DNA of 64,000 nt from Selaginella moellendorffii (GCF_000143415.4 NW_003314269.1:3382813-3446812), one strand, 5' to 3'; positions 35,993-48,700 are shown, numbered from the stretch's first letter. Made by a program: numbers and translations. The notes: generated by a model not told the origin, from the letters alone.

Positions 35993-36634
35993 TTAGATTG
36001 CAACTTTAGCACGCTTGGTTCTCGTTCGTGGCGGCTTACCGAGCGTCCACTTCTTGTTGCAGGGCACGCACTTATACCTTATCTGGTCCTTGCGATAGTT
36101 ATTGAAGTCGTAGAACCTCGTGCGCCAAAACTCGTCACACCTCGGGCACAAAGCGTGATCCGGCAGAGTCTCTCGGATTCTCCTGAGCTCCTCCCGTTCC
36201 TCGGGAGTGATCTTGGAGGTGGCGTTCTTCCTCGCCTCGGCTTTGGGCTCGTCAACTCTTTTGGAGGCGGGCCTGGAAATCCTCTTGGGCTTCTCGGCTT
36301 TGGTCTTCCTCGGCGCGGCAACACTTTTGGAGGTGGGCCTGGATTTTCTCTTGGGCTTGGGCTTCGTGGGCTTTTCTTCCTCTTCGTCGTCCTGTCCCAG
36401 ATCCATACAGGCGAATCTAAGAGGCCGCCTGGTAGCTCTCTTGGAGATTACTGGCTTGGGCTCCTCGAGCGCCTGGGGATCCCAGGGAGGGCAGCTCAAA
36501 CCCGCCCATGGATCACCATCATCGACATGCAGCCTAGTAAACTTGCCTTGATCTTCGTTGAGATCGTCCAGCGCGAGATCATTCATCCCGAGATCATCCA
36601 CCATGAAATCGCAAGAGAACACATCCAAACTCAT
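35993..36634 (-). CDS. Divergent Dof-type C2C2 zinc-finger protein, intronless, domain at C-terminus
   Basis: LCPRCDEFWRTRFYDFNNYRKDQIRYKCVPCNKKWTLG resembles the Dof consensus CPRC..TKFCY.NNY...QPR.FC..C.RYWT.G. Confidence 0.7.
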   Translation of the reverse strand: MSLDVFSCDFMVDDLGMNDLALDDLNEDQGKFTRLHVDDGDPWAGLSCPPWDPQALEEPKPVISKRATRRPLRFACMDLGQDDEEEEKPTKPKPKRKSRPTSKSVAAPRKTKAEKPKRISRPASKRVDEPKAEARKNATSKITPEEREELRRIRETLPDHALCPRCDEFWRTRFYDFNNYRKDQIRYKCVPCNKKWTLGKPPRTRTKRAKVAI

Positions 36635-36778
36635 GACGAGCAACCCCAACAGTATATTCTCTTTGAGGGTGGCGTAGGGTTAAAGAAACACTTAAACCTC
36701 GTACTTCGAATATTCTAAGAGTCTAATTAGGGAAAACAAAACAAATATCTTATAGACGTTATTTTAGGGTTCTTGGCC

Positions 36779-37870
36779 ATGGCGAGAGGCTACCTGGTCG
36801 TGTACAATGTAGCGCAGGCGGGAGGCTGGTGAGCACAGCGCTGTGTTTTCCTTGCTAAATTTCATGGGATTCTAGGGCTTTGCTACTCGCGCGGCTGCTC
36901 TTGGCGCCAGGAGAGGTGAAAACGGGAGAAATTCGCCTCGCATGTAAAACTTTCTGTCGAAATTTCGGCTCTCGATTCCATTTCTCAATCCCTACGTTTC
37001 TGGCTGTGAAGATTACCTCCAGTTCTTTGCGCTGTTAGAAGTGATACATTCTTTGCTCGGTGAGAAATTTGTTTCTTCCCCGTTAAATACTCGAAAATCT
37101 TCTTCTAACTTTTACAGGCCTTGTTCGGAGTGGACCTCTCACAGCGTTGCTGCAATGGGGTGGGAGATTTCACGTCATCGCTGCAGTCGTGGCTCCAATC
37201 GAAGAAGTACATGAATTCTGTTTGATCGTAGAGAAACGAACGCTTTAATCTCTTTCCTTTCGTGTCAGATCCAAAACAGCCCCTGCCTCGTCACATTGCT
37301 TGGAGCTTGGTCGCTTTCGGAGGTTCGCACTTTCTCTCTTCACTGGTCCTCCAAAAGTCTCTTTCAGGTGATACGATATCCACAATACGTGGCTAGCATT
37401 CTTGGAACGTGTCCACCATGGCTAACTTGGACGAGGCAAGAAAAGCTTCACTCTAACTGGCGAAACTCTGTAGAAACTTTTTTTCTTACAGATATTCTGG
37501 TTTCATTGTGCTCTATCCAATTGGGTTCTTCTCTGAAAGTAAGTTCGGAAACCAGCCTATCCCACTTTTTTGTTTGTTTTATTCTTGATTTTGTTTGCAG
37601 TGCATTTGATGTATTCTGCCTTGCCCTTCATCCGCAAGGAAAAGATGTACTCAAGTTTCTTCAGATGGGCTCCATTCGGCTATCACGGCTTTATAAAGGC
37701 AAGAGCCAGCAATTCCAGTTTTCAGTTATTTTATCTTTGTTTCTTTGTGTTCTTCGCTTTTATCACAGGCTTTGCTAGTCATATATCCCGGCTTTGCGTT
37801 GTTCCTCTACGCACACATGCTTTCACAGCGACGGGCAAAGCTACGACTTACACCAGAAAAAAAAAGGTAG
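36779..37870 (+). CDS. 3-hydroxyacyl-CoA dehydratase (PTPLA/HACD, PASTICCINO2-like), multi-exon
   Basis: MARGYLVVYNVAQAGGW, LLEVIHSLLGLVRS, AWSLSEVIRYP, LYPIG, LYAHMLSQRRAKL...EKKR stop (dilysine-type tail). Confidence 0.85.
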
Positions 37871-37958
37871 AAAAAACTAAAACTTTTTTCAATACTGACC
37901 AATTGTTTCACAGAGAATAGCGATTTTTTACAGAGCCAATCCAATCGATCCAGCGGCT

Positions 37959-39117
37959 TTAAAAAATGTAATACATGGGATTCGGCAGCTTGAAGGTTCT
38001 GTTTCCAGCGGCGGGACCAATCAAGTCGCTCCACTGGTCGCCAATACTGGCACGTATACGGTATCCCTTTCTCTCGAGTTGCATCCTTCTACTCGACTTA
38101 TAATTTACTGCTGTGGTTCCAACTTCGTTCTGGAATCTAGACGTAAAGAGAAGCAAACCAAAATACCAAACAGATCGTGAGAGCCAAGCGCGAAACGAGA
38201 AAGCTTACCTTAGATTCAAAGACATCCAGTCGGAGAAGCCGGCTTTGAAGAGATTCTCCGCGGTCTTGTTTCGTTGCTGCTCGGGCCTCCCGGTAATGAA
38301 GATCATGGACCAGTTCGCGTCCACCATCTGGCGATACAGAGAAAGCATCGATCTCAGAGGCGGGGCTCTGGCCTGGTCCACCCATTCGTTCCACGCGGTC
38401 ACGTTATATTGCTCTACACTGCCATGAAGAAGCTTTGGATCAAGAGAAAGGATCGAACGAAGAATGGTTTTTTTACCCGAATTGATGCTCGGTGTAGTAT
38501 GGAACGTTGGAGAGCACAGTGTCATCGATGTCCAGGACAATGGCGTCCAACCCATCGCCACCAGGAGCGATGGTCTCCAAGTAGCTCCTGGCAGCGCCCA
38601 CGGCCGCTTCGACATCCAAGAGGTACTGCCCATTGATCATGTAATTCCCGACGTAGCTGGAGCACTCCCTGGGGAGGAGCCAGCCCTGGAGGTTATTCAT
38701 CTCCGCGTTGAGCCGGAAGCTCTCGCAGGGATTCCCACGGGCTTCTTCCTGACGAGGAGGAGGAGCCCGGATCATCTCGCCCCATGATCCGTGAAGTAGC
38801 ATCGGCTGGCTCTGGCACGACCCCAGCATCACCGAGAGCGTGACAACGAGCGTGAAGAGGAGGATGCCGATGGTGGCCACCGAGGAGAGGAGGATTGTGA
38901 CGGCGAGCGAGGAGAGATAGATGCCCGCGTCGTCGATCTGGACGTATCTGTTGCCAAATTCTGGAAAAAAAAAACAAAAAAAGAGGTGAGATTACAGCGC
39001 TCCCGGAGCTCCTGGATGGGATCTTTACTGGGATTTGGGCCAAATACCTGATCCTCGCCGGCTGAGCAGCGATTGCGTCGACTCGGATGCTTCCAATCGC
39101 TGGCCGTATGACGACAT
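37959..39117 (-). CDS. HAD subfamily IIIB (class B) acid phosphatase with N-terminal membrane segment
   Basis: First exon MSSYGQRLE...; CESFRLNAEMNNL, IVLDIDDTVLSN, FITGRPE, SIGDQWSDL, RTFKLPNPMYY. Confidence 0.9.
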
Positions 39118-39399
39118 TAGAGGGCCAGAATCAGCGTCATTCATAAATCCAGAGATGAAATTGCTTGTGGGAGAGAATGCGGCTCGACAGAGATCGATCG
39201 AGCGCGCCGAGAATTCTCTTCCTCCACGCTTGCCTAGAACCCTAGCTCCTTTGAGTTGATGGCTTATCTTTTCACGAAAATCGCCCGTGGAGTGATCGCA
39301 ACCGTTGAATTCTAAGACTTTTAACGGGTATCCAACGCTTAATTTTAAAAAATCCATTCACAAGAGAGGAATTTAGGGTTCTTGGGCAGGAAGAATTAA

Positions 39400-40794
39400 T
39401 CACTGCGAGGAATCGCATTGCGATGGCGCCCATCCAATCTTGCTGCTCCCGATGTCGTACATCACGCGGAAGTTCTGCTGCATCATATTTCCATAGATCC
39501 CGATGTCCATGTTGGAGCTCACCATCGCCAGGCACACGATCGTCCCGGCATCGTTGGCGGCGATGAAGTAGTTCTCCACCGGCAGCTGGTAATCCGCGCC
39601 CTCGAAGTGGAACACCATCGCCGGGATCTTCATCTTGTAGCTCGCCTTGGATCCCGAGACATCGTAGCACAGGTCAAGCCCCGCGGAGGATCCATCGATC
39701 TTAGGGAAGGAAATCTTGGATCGCAGCGCCCGGAGCACGATCTGGTAAGGCGCATCTGGCAGGAGCGTCAGGGTCGTCCCGGAATCGAAGATCATCCCGC
39801 CGCTTCCATCGGGTTTGATGTCGAAGGATCCCGCTGGGATTCGCAGCGCCCGCCCAGCGATGCTGATGTCCTTGAGCTTGACGTAGTAGAAGCTCTCCAT
39901 GGCCGGGTTGTGGATCATAGGGGTGAAAGCGTAGTGGAGTTTCTTCCCGGAGGAGTGGGAGGAGCTTTCATCGCCGAAGAACATTGGGCTGGTTTTGCTG
40001 GGGGCGTCTCGCCATGGAACCAAGCAGTAGGAGAATTTGTGGCCGAAGAGATCGCCCAGCTGGGAGACGAACGAGAGATTGCCCCGGCCGAGACCCACGA
40101 GGCCAGAGGCGTCATTGAAGCTCCCGCGATTGAGATGGCCGCAGCCGAAGGCGATGTTCTTGGCAGCCAGCTTCTCTCCCTGGGTGCTCGTCAAGGTGAC
40201 GGTCTCGGACGACAGCGTTCCTCGGGTTCCAGAGCCATCGCCATAGCCGTAGGAGTAGTCGCAGTCCGGGGAGCACGACTTCCTCGGCAAGGAATCGCAG
40301 AGGGTGTCGCCGCAGGACATGGTGGTGTAGGATGACGAGCCTTCCGGATCGAAGATTGGATCCTTCTGGTTGAAGCACGCCTGGCACGGCTTGCACTGGA
40401 TCCATATCAGATCGCTGCCGGTGTCCGCGATCACGGAGAACACCTTGGCTGGAGTTCCCAGGGAGATCGTCGTGACGTAGTCACCACCGCCGGAGGCGAC
40501 GGGGCTCTCGTAGTCGGTGCTCACGGACGGCGGGTATGGAACCTCGCTGGTGATGAGAGACGAGGCGGCGAGCTTGCTCCTCAGCGCCTGGACCATCCGG
40601 TTTGCCCGAAAGGTGGTCTTCTTCGCCATGCACGACAGCTTGTGGAGAAGCGGATCCCCCAAACCTGAGCTCGCGAGATCGTTGCACGAGACGTTGCGCA
40701 TTGTGAGGTCCATTCTCAAGACCGGGGAGGGCGAGACGAAGCTGGACAGGAGGCTGACTAGGAGAAATGCTAGACGAAAGAACGCTGGAGCCAT
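39400..40794 (-). CDS. Secreted aspartic protease, nepenthesin-like (A1B), intronless, ~464 aa
   Basis: Signal peptide; ADTGSDLIWIQC, FGCGH, GLVGLGRG, FSYCL, IFDSGTT, GNMMQQN. Confidence 0.95.
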   Translation of the reverse strand: MAPAFFRLAFLLVSLLSSFVSPSPVLRMDLTMRNVSCNDLASSGLGDPLLHKLSCMAKKTTFRANRMVQALRSKLAASSLITSEVPYPPSVSTDYESPVASGGGDYVTTISLGTPAKVFSVIADTGSDLIWIQCKPCQACFNQKDPIFDPEGSSSYTTMSCGDTLCDSLPRKSCSPDCDYSYGYGDGSGTRGTLSSETVTLTSTQGEKLAAKNIAFGCGHLNRGSFNDASGLVGLGRGNLSFVSQLGDLFGHKFSYCLVPWRDAPSKTSPMFFGDESSSHSSGKKLHYAFTPMIHNPAMESFYYVKLKDISIAGRALRIPAGSFDIKPDGSGGMIFDSGTTLTLLPDAPYQIVLRALRSKISFPKIDGSSAGLDLCYDVSGSKASYKMKIPAMVFHFEGADYQLPVENYFIAANDAGTIVCLAMVSSNMDIGIYGNMMQQNFRVMYDIGSSKIGWAPSQCDSSQ

Positions 40795-43605
40795 GGAGGA
40801 TGATTGATCTATAGAGACAGTGGTCAGAGGATCGATTACTTGTTCTTGGCAAGGACGAGGACGAAGTGGAGCGAGTGAAAGAGGAAGCAGGCGAGCATCA
40901 AAGGGACCATCTTTTGGTAAGAACTTGATGCTCAGTTTTATTTTATAGCAGCGGAGGAGGATTGCTTGGCTTGTGGATAAGAGTTGCGTGGAAGGAATGC
41001 TCCTCAGGAAGGGGTGTTGTTGGAAGAATAGGTCGCAAAATATATGAGAAGCAAAGGACGTAAGGCAACTGAAAATCCCGGGAAGCAAGCAATCTATTAG
41101 GTGAGGACCGTGGTTATAAGAAATCATGATTACAATGTTTCAATTTTAACTTTTAAGAATAGTATCAAACATGAATTATAATGAATAATAAGCACATGAT
41201 GAATTGCAAAATACAAAAACTGCCTTGAAAAAAAAGATCCAGAAATTTTATTTTCTAACAAAACATTTTTGAATCTTATATAGATTTAGTTAACGATTTA
41301 GTGTTTAATGTTGTTTGATATATAAAATACAAAACTAAGTTACAATTATTTTCCTTTACTAAATTTGCATTTTCATGATAATTTTAATATTTACAATATG
41401 TATTTGAATGCTAAATAACAATTTATCATAAAAATATAAAACTAAATTTCCATCTTCTTGTAGTCTTAAACTGCATTTGAAGCATTTATTTGATGATTTT
41501 GTTGACCATAAAATTTTATTTAGTGAATAAATTATTAAATTAAAATAAATATCAATGTGCCTTTTTATTTAAGGAGATTAAAAATTGTGATTGTAATAAA
41601 TATTGATGGGGCATATTAGTGTAACCACTTATTAAGGTATATGTAAAAATGTCACATTTAATATTTATATTATATATGTGTTTATATCTATATTTTAATT
41701 AACATTTTGAAAATTATAGTTTCTAAAAAATAGTAAATAATAAAATGAATTTTTTTAATAATAATATATGAAGCAGTTGAAATTAATATTTGACAAGTAA
41801 AATTTCTTAAAATTTCATATAATGAACTTCTCATAATAGATCCTCCATTTGAATTACCATCATTATCGACATAACAAATTTGAAAAACTGTATCTAAAGC
41901 ATAAATACCAAATTATATAATATCAGAAATATCTCCATAGAAACTTTGACCTAAAGGAATTATATTGTCTAGTATTCTACTAATTTATTTTGAAATAGTA
42001 AATATGTTTTGCTACTTCTCTAGTTATAGCATTAAGTTTGCCTGTTTCATATTCAATATCTTCAGAAAAAGTGCATGCAAATGTTAAAAATATCAAAGTA
42101 GGTAATACAAACCATGCAATCATTATGTTTTATCACTTTTAGCCCCTACAATATGAAAAATATAAAGGAATTCACCTAATCTCTTTCTCTCTCTATTATA
42201 TATTATATGTATATTTAACATATTATATTTAAATAAAGACTTAAAATAATTATTTAATTCTGAGTTTTAAGAATAGTAAAGCTTCTTCCTATAGATAATA
42301 ATAATATGTATATATGTGAGGACAAGTGTAAGATGGCAATGCTACTGCAAATATAACTTCCATTTGTACGCTTTCTAAAATACATCCTATGCTCTTTTTT
42401 ATTCAGAAAGTCACTATGAGGTGTTGCACATTAACTGGAGCAAGGTAGACAGAATCATGTAAAGTAAAGTAAAGTTTAATGATCAAAGCTTTCAAGATTT
42501 GTCTTTAATGAAGACTTATTAGAGTATAGAAAGCTAAATAATAAACTATTTCATGCATTAAAATTATATTGTAAAAACATAACTTGTACAAGTCTTTGGT
42601 ATAATTACATCATAATCCTATATTTTATACCAGTGTTCTTCATCACATTTTTATCCTTCTTGTATATCTTACTCTAATGTCAATCTCCTAATATATTGTT
42701 ATCTAGCTTTTGTGGGAGGGAGGTGATTATAACATTATTCTTATCTACTATAATTATAACATCAATTAGAGTAACATTAAAATCCCTACTAAATCCTTCT
42801 TCAATCACGATAGTGATCACTAACATTGCTATTGGGTTAAAATCTAAAAGTCTATCCACTAAATCCCACTAACTTTTAAGACTTCTTCATTATGCAGCCA
42901 CATCCTTGATTACTAATCAAAAGAACCACTTTTCTTTTTGTCCATAATCAAGGATTTTCGAATAAGATTTTGAATATTGCAACTTAGTATAAGCTTTAAA
43001 GGTATTCTCCCCACCTTCAACCACCAAAATGCCCTAGTTATTTGGCTAGAACAAAGTTTCAATAAGCCATATTAGATATTCAAATAAGTAATGCCACCCA
43101 TACTTGGATTGGGAGTATTAACAATTTAATTTCCCAAAGGAGTTAGAATTATCTTTTGAACACTTTATCAAGTCACTTCATTTGTCTATTCATATTCATG
43201 TTAGCCTTGAACTCCTTAATATTCATATTATTACCCACCACATAAGTATGCCTTATTTGCATTGGTTTCCTTGAAATCCCTCCTTTCACTATTCCACATA
43301 GACTTACTAAATCCCTCAAGGTTTGTCCCTCATATTTGATAATACTTGCCACATGTTAGTCATTCATTTTATCATTTTCTAAAAACCACTTATCAACTAC
43401 TTTATGCTGATTTCAATTGCTTCATACTTATTCCTCAAGTGCTTTTTAAAGTTATTCTCAACTTTTTGACTTAGAGTTTTTAGTTCAAATGTGTTATGCT
43501 TGTTAAACTTTCACTTTTGACAGACACAACTTTAACTCTGTTTTGGGATTTAAGGATTTGTGTCTTTAAACATAGTTGTTGTAAGATAACTGTATTACAA
43601 TTGAT

Positions 43606-44418
43606 TGTAAGTGACTAAAGTGAATAATTTGAAAAACAATTAATTAAGGTTCAAATATAGACCCATAATAAAAGTATAGTCTATTTGACAATCGGTTAAA
43701 TATTTTAAAAAAATATGGAGTTAAGTATTCTTGAGTCTTGATAGTATTGGGATGAATGACCTTCCAAAAAATTTGAATTTAGAAGTTTACACATAATAGT
43801 AAAGAGGTTTTACTTCTAACTCTATTAAAGTCCAAATTCAATAGCTTACATTTGTAATAAAAAAATTTTAGGTCTAACTTTATTAAAGTACAAATTCATG
43901 AGCTTATGTTTGGCATTAAAATAGTCTTAAATTCGACTTTGTTGAAGTCCAAATTTAAAAGTTTATATTTAGTATTAGAGAGGTCTTAACTCCAAACTCT
44001 GTTGCTAAGGGTATCAAAAAGATTTCAAGTTTAACTTTATTAAAGTTTAAATTTAAGAGCATATTTGGTATTAAAGAGGTTTCAAGTTTGACTCTATTGA
44101 TTAGATAAAAGAATCACACCAAATGTTAATATTGATATTTAAGGATTTGGTTTGTTCTCATTGGGCTAAACAAGGGATACATTTTAGCTTCAGTTTATGA
44201 AGGTATGAATTTTAGAGAATTGTAAGCAATTAAATAGTATGACTTAAAAGATAATTCATTAGGTCAAATATAAAGAGAAAATGTTTATAAATAAAATTAC
44301 ACCTCCTTTTTCAATCAATTAAAAGTTTTTAAATATGTGTAGCTAAGTATCTTTGAGTAAAGGTTTGAGTAATATTAGGATGGGTGACTTCCCAAGAAGT
44401 TTTAATTTAAAATTTTAT
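43606..44418 (+). mobile_element. Old AT-eroded Cassandra TRIM with tandemly amplified LTR-end/PBS segment
   Basis: LTR-like 43606-43790 and 44221-44418 with TAGGATGGGTGACTTCCCAAGAAG (5S C-box like). The internal part matches 1892-2097; a ~58-bp unit is repeated ~5 times at 43790-44100. Confidence 0.65.
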
Positions 44419-44859
44419 ATAATGATTTATAAAATTTAATGAATATAATGCTGTGAGGGCCAAGTGTACGGTTACGATGCCGTATACTAATATTAGCGTA
44501 GTGGATTTTGGTAGCCGTCGGATTGGTTTCAATCCGGACCACTCGCTCCTATATATAAACTAGGGTTTTTGGGCTAATTGATATACACATTTCTGTATTC
44601 CCTTTTCATATTCCATGCACTCACATTGGTGGAGGTGAGGGGCACCTTTGATTGTCCCTGGGGAGTGCTTGGATTTGGGATTTCGGTCTAGATCTAGCTT
44701 TTGCATCGTCTAGATCTAGCTTTTTCCATTTCCTTTCTTTTGTTCTTTCCTTTCAGGATTTTGGTTTCGATCTAGCTTTTTGCATTGTCTAGATCTACCA
44801 TTTCTTTCCAGCTTTTTTGTCATTTCTCTTCTTTTGCTCTTTCTTTTTCGTTCATCTTC

Positions 44860-45792
44860 ATGGCCGATCCGCAATCTCCTCCTTTGACTCTAGAGCAGCA
44901 GTTGGTTCAATTGCTTGATGCTATGCGCTTGCAATTGAACAACCAAACTCAGTTGATGGCGGCGTTCACGGCACGTGGTACAACTCCTCCTACTCTTGGT
45001 GCCAATCCTCGAGTTCGGTCGGAGTTCTTTCGCGGGAATTCTGGGGATGATGTGTACCATTGGTTCGATCACTTTACAATGATTGCCACATATCATTCTT
45101 GGGATGATGCTCGACGGTTGCGTGAGTTTCCCACGTGTCTCCAAGGGACGGCATTGCAGTGGTACAATGGTTTGAGCGCAGTTACTCGTGGGGATTGGAG
45201 TGTTCTCCCGGACGTCTTCAAACGCGCCTTCGGACATGCCGATGATTGTGATGATGCTTTCCAACAATTGCATCGTCTTCGCCAAGGGCCATCGGAGTCG
45301 GTGATGCAATTTGGCGTTCGTTTCCGAAGTCTTTTGCTTCGTGCGGAGCCAAATATGTCGGAGCAGATCAAGCTAGGAATGTTGTGGCCAGCACTTCGTC
45401 AAGATCTTGTCGGACTTGTGCATGCACTTGCTCCTGCCACCCTTGACGATGCTCTTTGCTTGGCACAACGTTATGAGACGTCGCCTCTTCCACTTCTCGC
45501 TGCACATCCTTCCGCTCCACTTCCTATGGGTGATGGTCCTGTTCCAATGGAGGTTGATGTTGCTGCTGCTCGAGTCCAAGGACAAGCGCGAGGACGTGGT
45601 CGTGGCCGTGATGTTCGCTGCTGGGCGTGTGATGAAGTTGGTCATACTTATCGGCATTGCCGTCGTTTTCCGGATTGGCGACCTCCATTTCCTGGGTGGA
45701 GACCTTGGCGTCAGCAACGTCCCCTAGGTGTTGCTGCAGTGGAAGGTCTGGACATCGAGATGCATCAGGGAAACGAGGAGTCGCGTGAGTAA
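44860..45792 (+). CDS. gag: Gag with CCHC zinc knuckle
   Basis: MADPQ... start; retrotransposon gag motifs LQGTALQWY and LRQGPSESV; CWACDEVGHTYRHC. Confidence 0.9.
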   Translation: MADPQSPPLTLEQQLVQLLDAMRLQLNNQTQLMAAFTARGTTPPTLGANPRVRSEFFRGNSGDDVYHWFDHFTMIATYHSWDDARRLREFPTCLQGTALQWYNGLSAVTRGDWSVLPDVFKRAFGHADDCDDAFQQLHRLRQGPSESVMQFGVRFRSLLLRAEPNMSEQIKLGMLWPALRQDLVGLVHALAPATLDDALCLAQRYETSPLPLLAAHPSAPLPMGDGPVPMEVDVAAARVQGQARGRGRGRDVRCWACDEVGHTYRHCRRFPDWRPPFPGWRPWRQQRPLGVAAVEGLDIEMHQGNEESRE

Positions 45793-48700
45793 CGGAGGGA
45801 CCTTGCGCGAATAAATCAGTGACCCCTCCATCTTTCTTTCGGGAGTATCATCAAGGGGTTCACTCGGCACCAGTTCATCCAGTGTTTACTTTCCAAGCTC
45901 GTTTTTATAACAAGAAGTCTCCTATTATTCTCTCCGTGTTGGTTGATACAGGTTCGAGTTTATCTTCTATTGCTCGACCTGTTGCCACACGTTGTCGTCT
46001 ACACTTGCGTCGTGCGGCAGAACCAGTTTTCATTCTTTATGGCAACGGCCGTACACATGCATGTGCACGGGATGAGGTGGACCTGGTTGTGCGTGTGGGC
46101 GATCTCGAGCTTGAGTTGCAGTCGTTGTGGGTGGTGCCGAGTCAAGCTTTTGACCTCATTCTTAGTATGGATTGGTTGCAGCGCAATCATGCCAAGTGTG
46201 ACTTTGAGGCTTCTTCCCCTTGTCTCATACTTCTTTATGTTTCATCTATTCCTCTCACTTCCATACTTCTTCGTCCTTCTACTTTTACCTCTGCTTCCAT
46301 TACTTTTGTTTCCCCACTCTTTCCTTCTGTGTTTCCATCTTGTTCTGCTTTTCCCTTTTCCGATCTCTCCGACGATCTTTGTGTTGCGGCAGTTGACCGG
46401 CTCATGAAAGAGTATTCTGATCTCTTTGAATTTGACCTATCGTCTGGGGCCAAGATTGCCACACGTCATCCAATTCCCACCGGGGATGCTCGTCCAATCA
46501 AGGTTCCTGTTCGTCGTCGGTCACCTAAGGAGGTCAAAATTTTACGAGCAAACGTCAAGGAAATGCTGGAAAAGGGTGTTATTCGGAAGTCGCGGAGTCC
46601 TTGGGCATGTGAACCTCATCTTGTGACGAAGCCTGATGGGAGTATTTGTTTCTGCATTGACTATCATCCGTTAAACGAAGTAACGATCCTAGATGTGTAT
46701 CCTCTTCCTCACACTGCTGATCTCTTGGATCGTCTGGGGCGAAGTCGTTGGTTCACCAAGCTAGATCTTGCTTCTGGGTATTGGCAAGTACCAATGGCCG
46801 AAGAAGATATTCCTAAGACTGCTTTTCGTACACCATTTGGTTTGTACGAGTTCTTGGTGATGCCGTTTGGTTTGAACAATGCTCCAGCAACTTTCCAGCG
46901 GATGATGGACGAGGTTCTTTGCAATATGCCGGAGGTGACTGCTGACTTCATTGATGATGTCTTGATCCACTTGGAGGGGACGTGGGAGGAGCACGTTCGT
47001 GATGTTTGTAAAGTGTTGGATCGGCTACGTGATGTTGGTTTAAAGCTGAAGCGGTCGAAGTGCGTGTTTGGGTCCAAGGACACAACTTATCTTGGGTACC
47101 GTATTTCTCGTGAGGGTTTGCAAGTTGATCCTGACAAACTTGTGGCTGTTCTAAAATTCCCTACTCCGAAGTGTGTGAATGATGTGCAACACTTTTTGGG
47201 TAAGGTGCAGTATCTTGGTCGTTTTGTGGATCATCTTTCCGATCGCACTACACCATTGCGAGCGTTGCTGAAGTCATCAACATCATCTTTCATCTGGTCT
47301 CTGGATTGTGAGCGGGCGTTCGTGGATCTCAAAGAGCTATTGACAACTCCTCCGGTTTTGGCATATCCTAACTACACTCGACCTTTTATTTTGCGCGTGG
47401 ATGCTTCTGACATTGGTCTTGGAGGTGTGTTGATGCAAGAGAGCTCGAGTGTGCTTGGTCAGCGCCATCCCATTGCATACATAAGCCGTACATTACAACC
47501 AGCGGAGATGAACTACTCCACGACGGAGAAGGAGTGTTTAGCAGCAGTCTGGGGTTTCGAGAAACTTCATGCATATCTACATGGTTCTTGAACGTTACTT
47601 GAAGGTGACCATGCTGCTATTACTTCATTATTGAAGCGGAAGAACCTGGTTGGTCGTACGGCTCGATGGGCTTTGAAGCTTCAGATATATGATTTTGATG
47701 TTGTTCATCACCCAGGGAGTTCTATGGCTGATGCTGATGCCCTTTCTCGAGCTCCTCTTCCTTCTTCACTCACTTCTCATCATTCTGACGAACCTGTTGT
47801 TCCAGCATCTGTGGATTTTCTAGATGAGGATTCTGTGCCGTCGGCGGTTGCTGTCCTTGACGTTCAGTGTCCACAGGGTGCAGAGCAAGATCTGCCTTCT
47901 CTTGAGGAGGTTCGCGAGGCTCAGAAGATTGAGCCGTGGATTCGAAGGCTTCGAGATGGGTTTGAGAATCCTACATCACTTGCTGATGACTTGCCTTTCC
48001 GGCATTTACATTCTCAATATCGCCTTGAAGATGGCCTTCTTTATTTTGTGGGGACGGTTCCTGATGATCATTTACGATTGGTGGTACCTTTGGTGTTTAT
48101 TCCGCGGTTTCTCCATGCCTACCATGATTCTCCTGTTCTAGGTGGGCATATGGGACACCGTCGTGTCACCGAGAAGCTGCGCAGGTCTTTCTATTGGCCG
48201 GAGATGCGACGTGATATTATCCGGTATGTGCGTAGCTGCGTTTGGTGCCAAGCTTGTAATACTCCCCCTTGTGCTGCGGAAGGACGGTTGGAGTCAATTG
48301 CAGTTTCCCGTCCGTTTGAGTTGGTGGCGTTTGATCTTATCGAACCTTTTCCACGATCGACTGCTGGCAATGAGTATGTTATTATTGCTTCTGACTACTT
48401 GACTCGTTGGGTGGAAGTTGGTGCTCTTGCTAGTGCCTCTGCAACTGCTATTGGATACTTCCTCCTCAATCGAGTGGTGTTCCAGCATTCTTGTCCAGAG
48501 CGGATTCTTTCGGATAATGGTCCTGCATGTATGGCTGAGGTATTTCATGTTTTGACATCTCGGTTGGGGATACGCCACACTTTTACGAGTGCTTATCATC
48601 CACAATCAGACGGTCTGGTGGAACGGCTCGTTCGGACATTCAAAGGGATGATTTCGAAGTATGTGAACTTTCAGCATTCGGATTGGGATGGTTATTTGCC

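Noticed and set aside
34285-39117. Functional cluster of HAD phosphatases
   Set aside because: Unrelated HAD subfamilies among ordinary housekeeping genes; no evidence of a shared pathway.
41150-43600. Gene or element in the AT-rich block
   Set aside because: No ORFs or recognisable motifs; probably heavily decayed repeat DNA that cannot be classified by eye.
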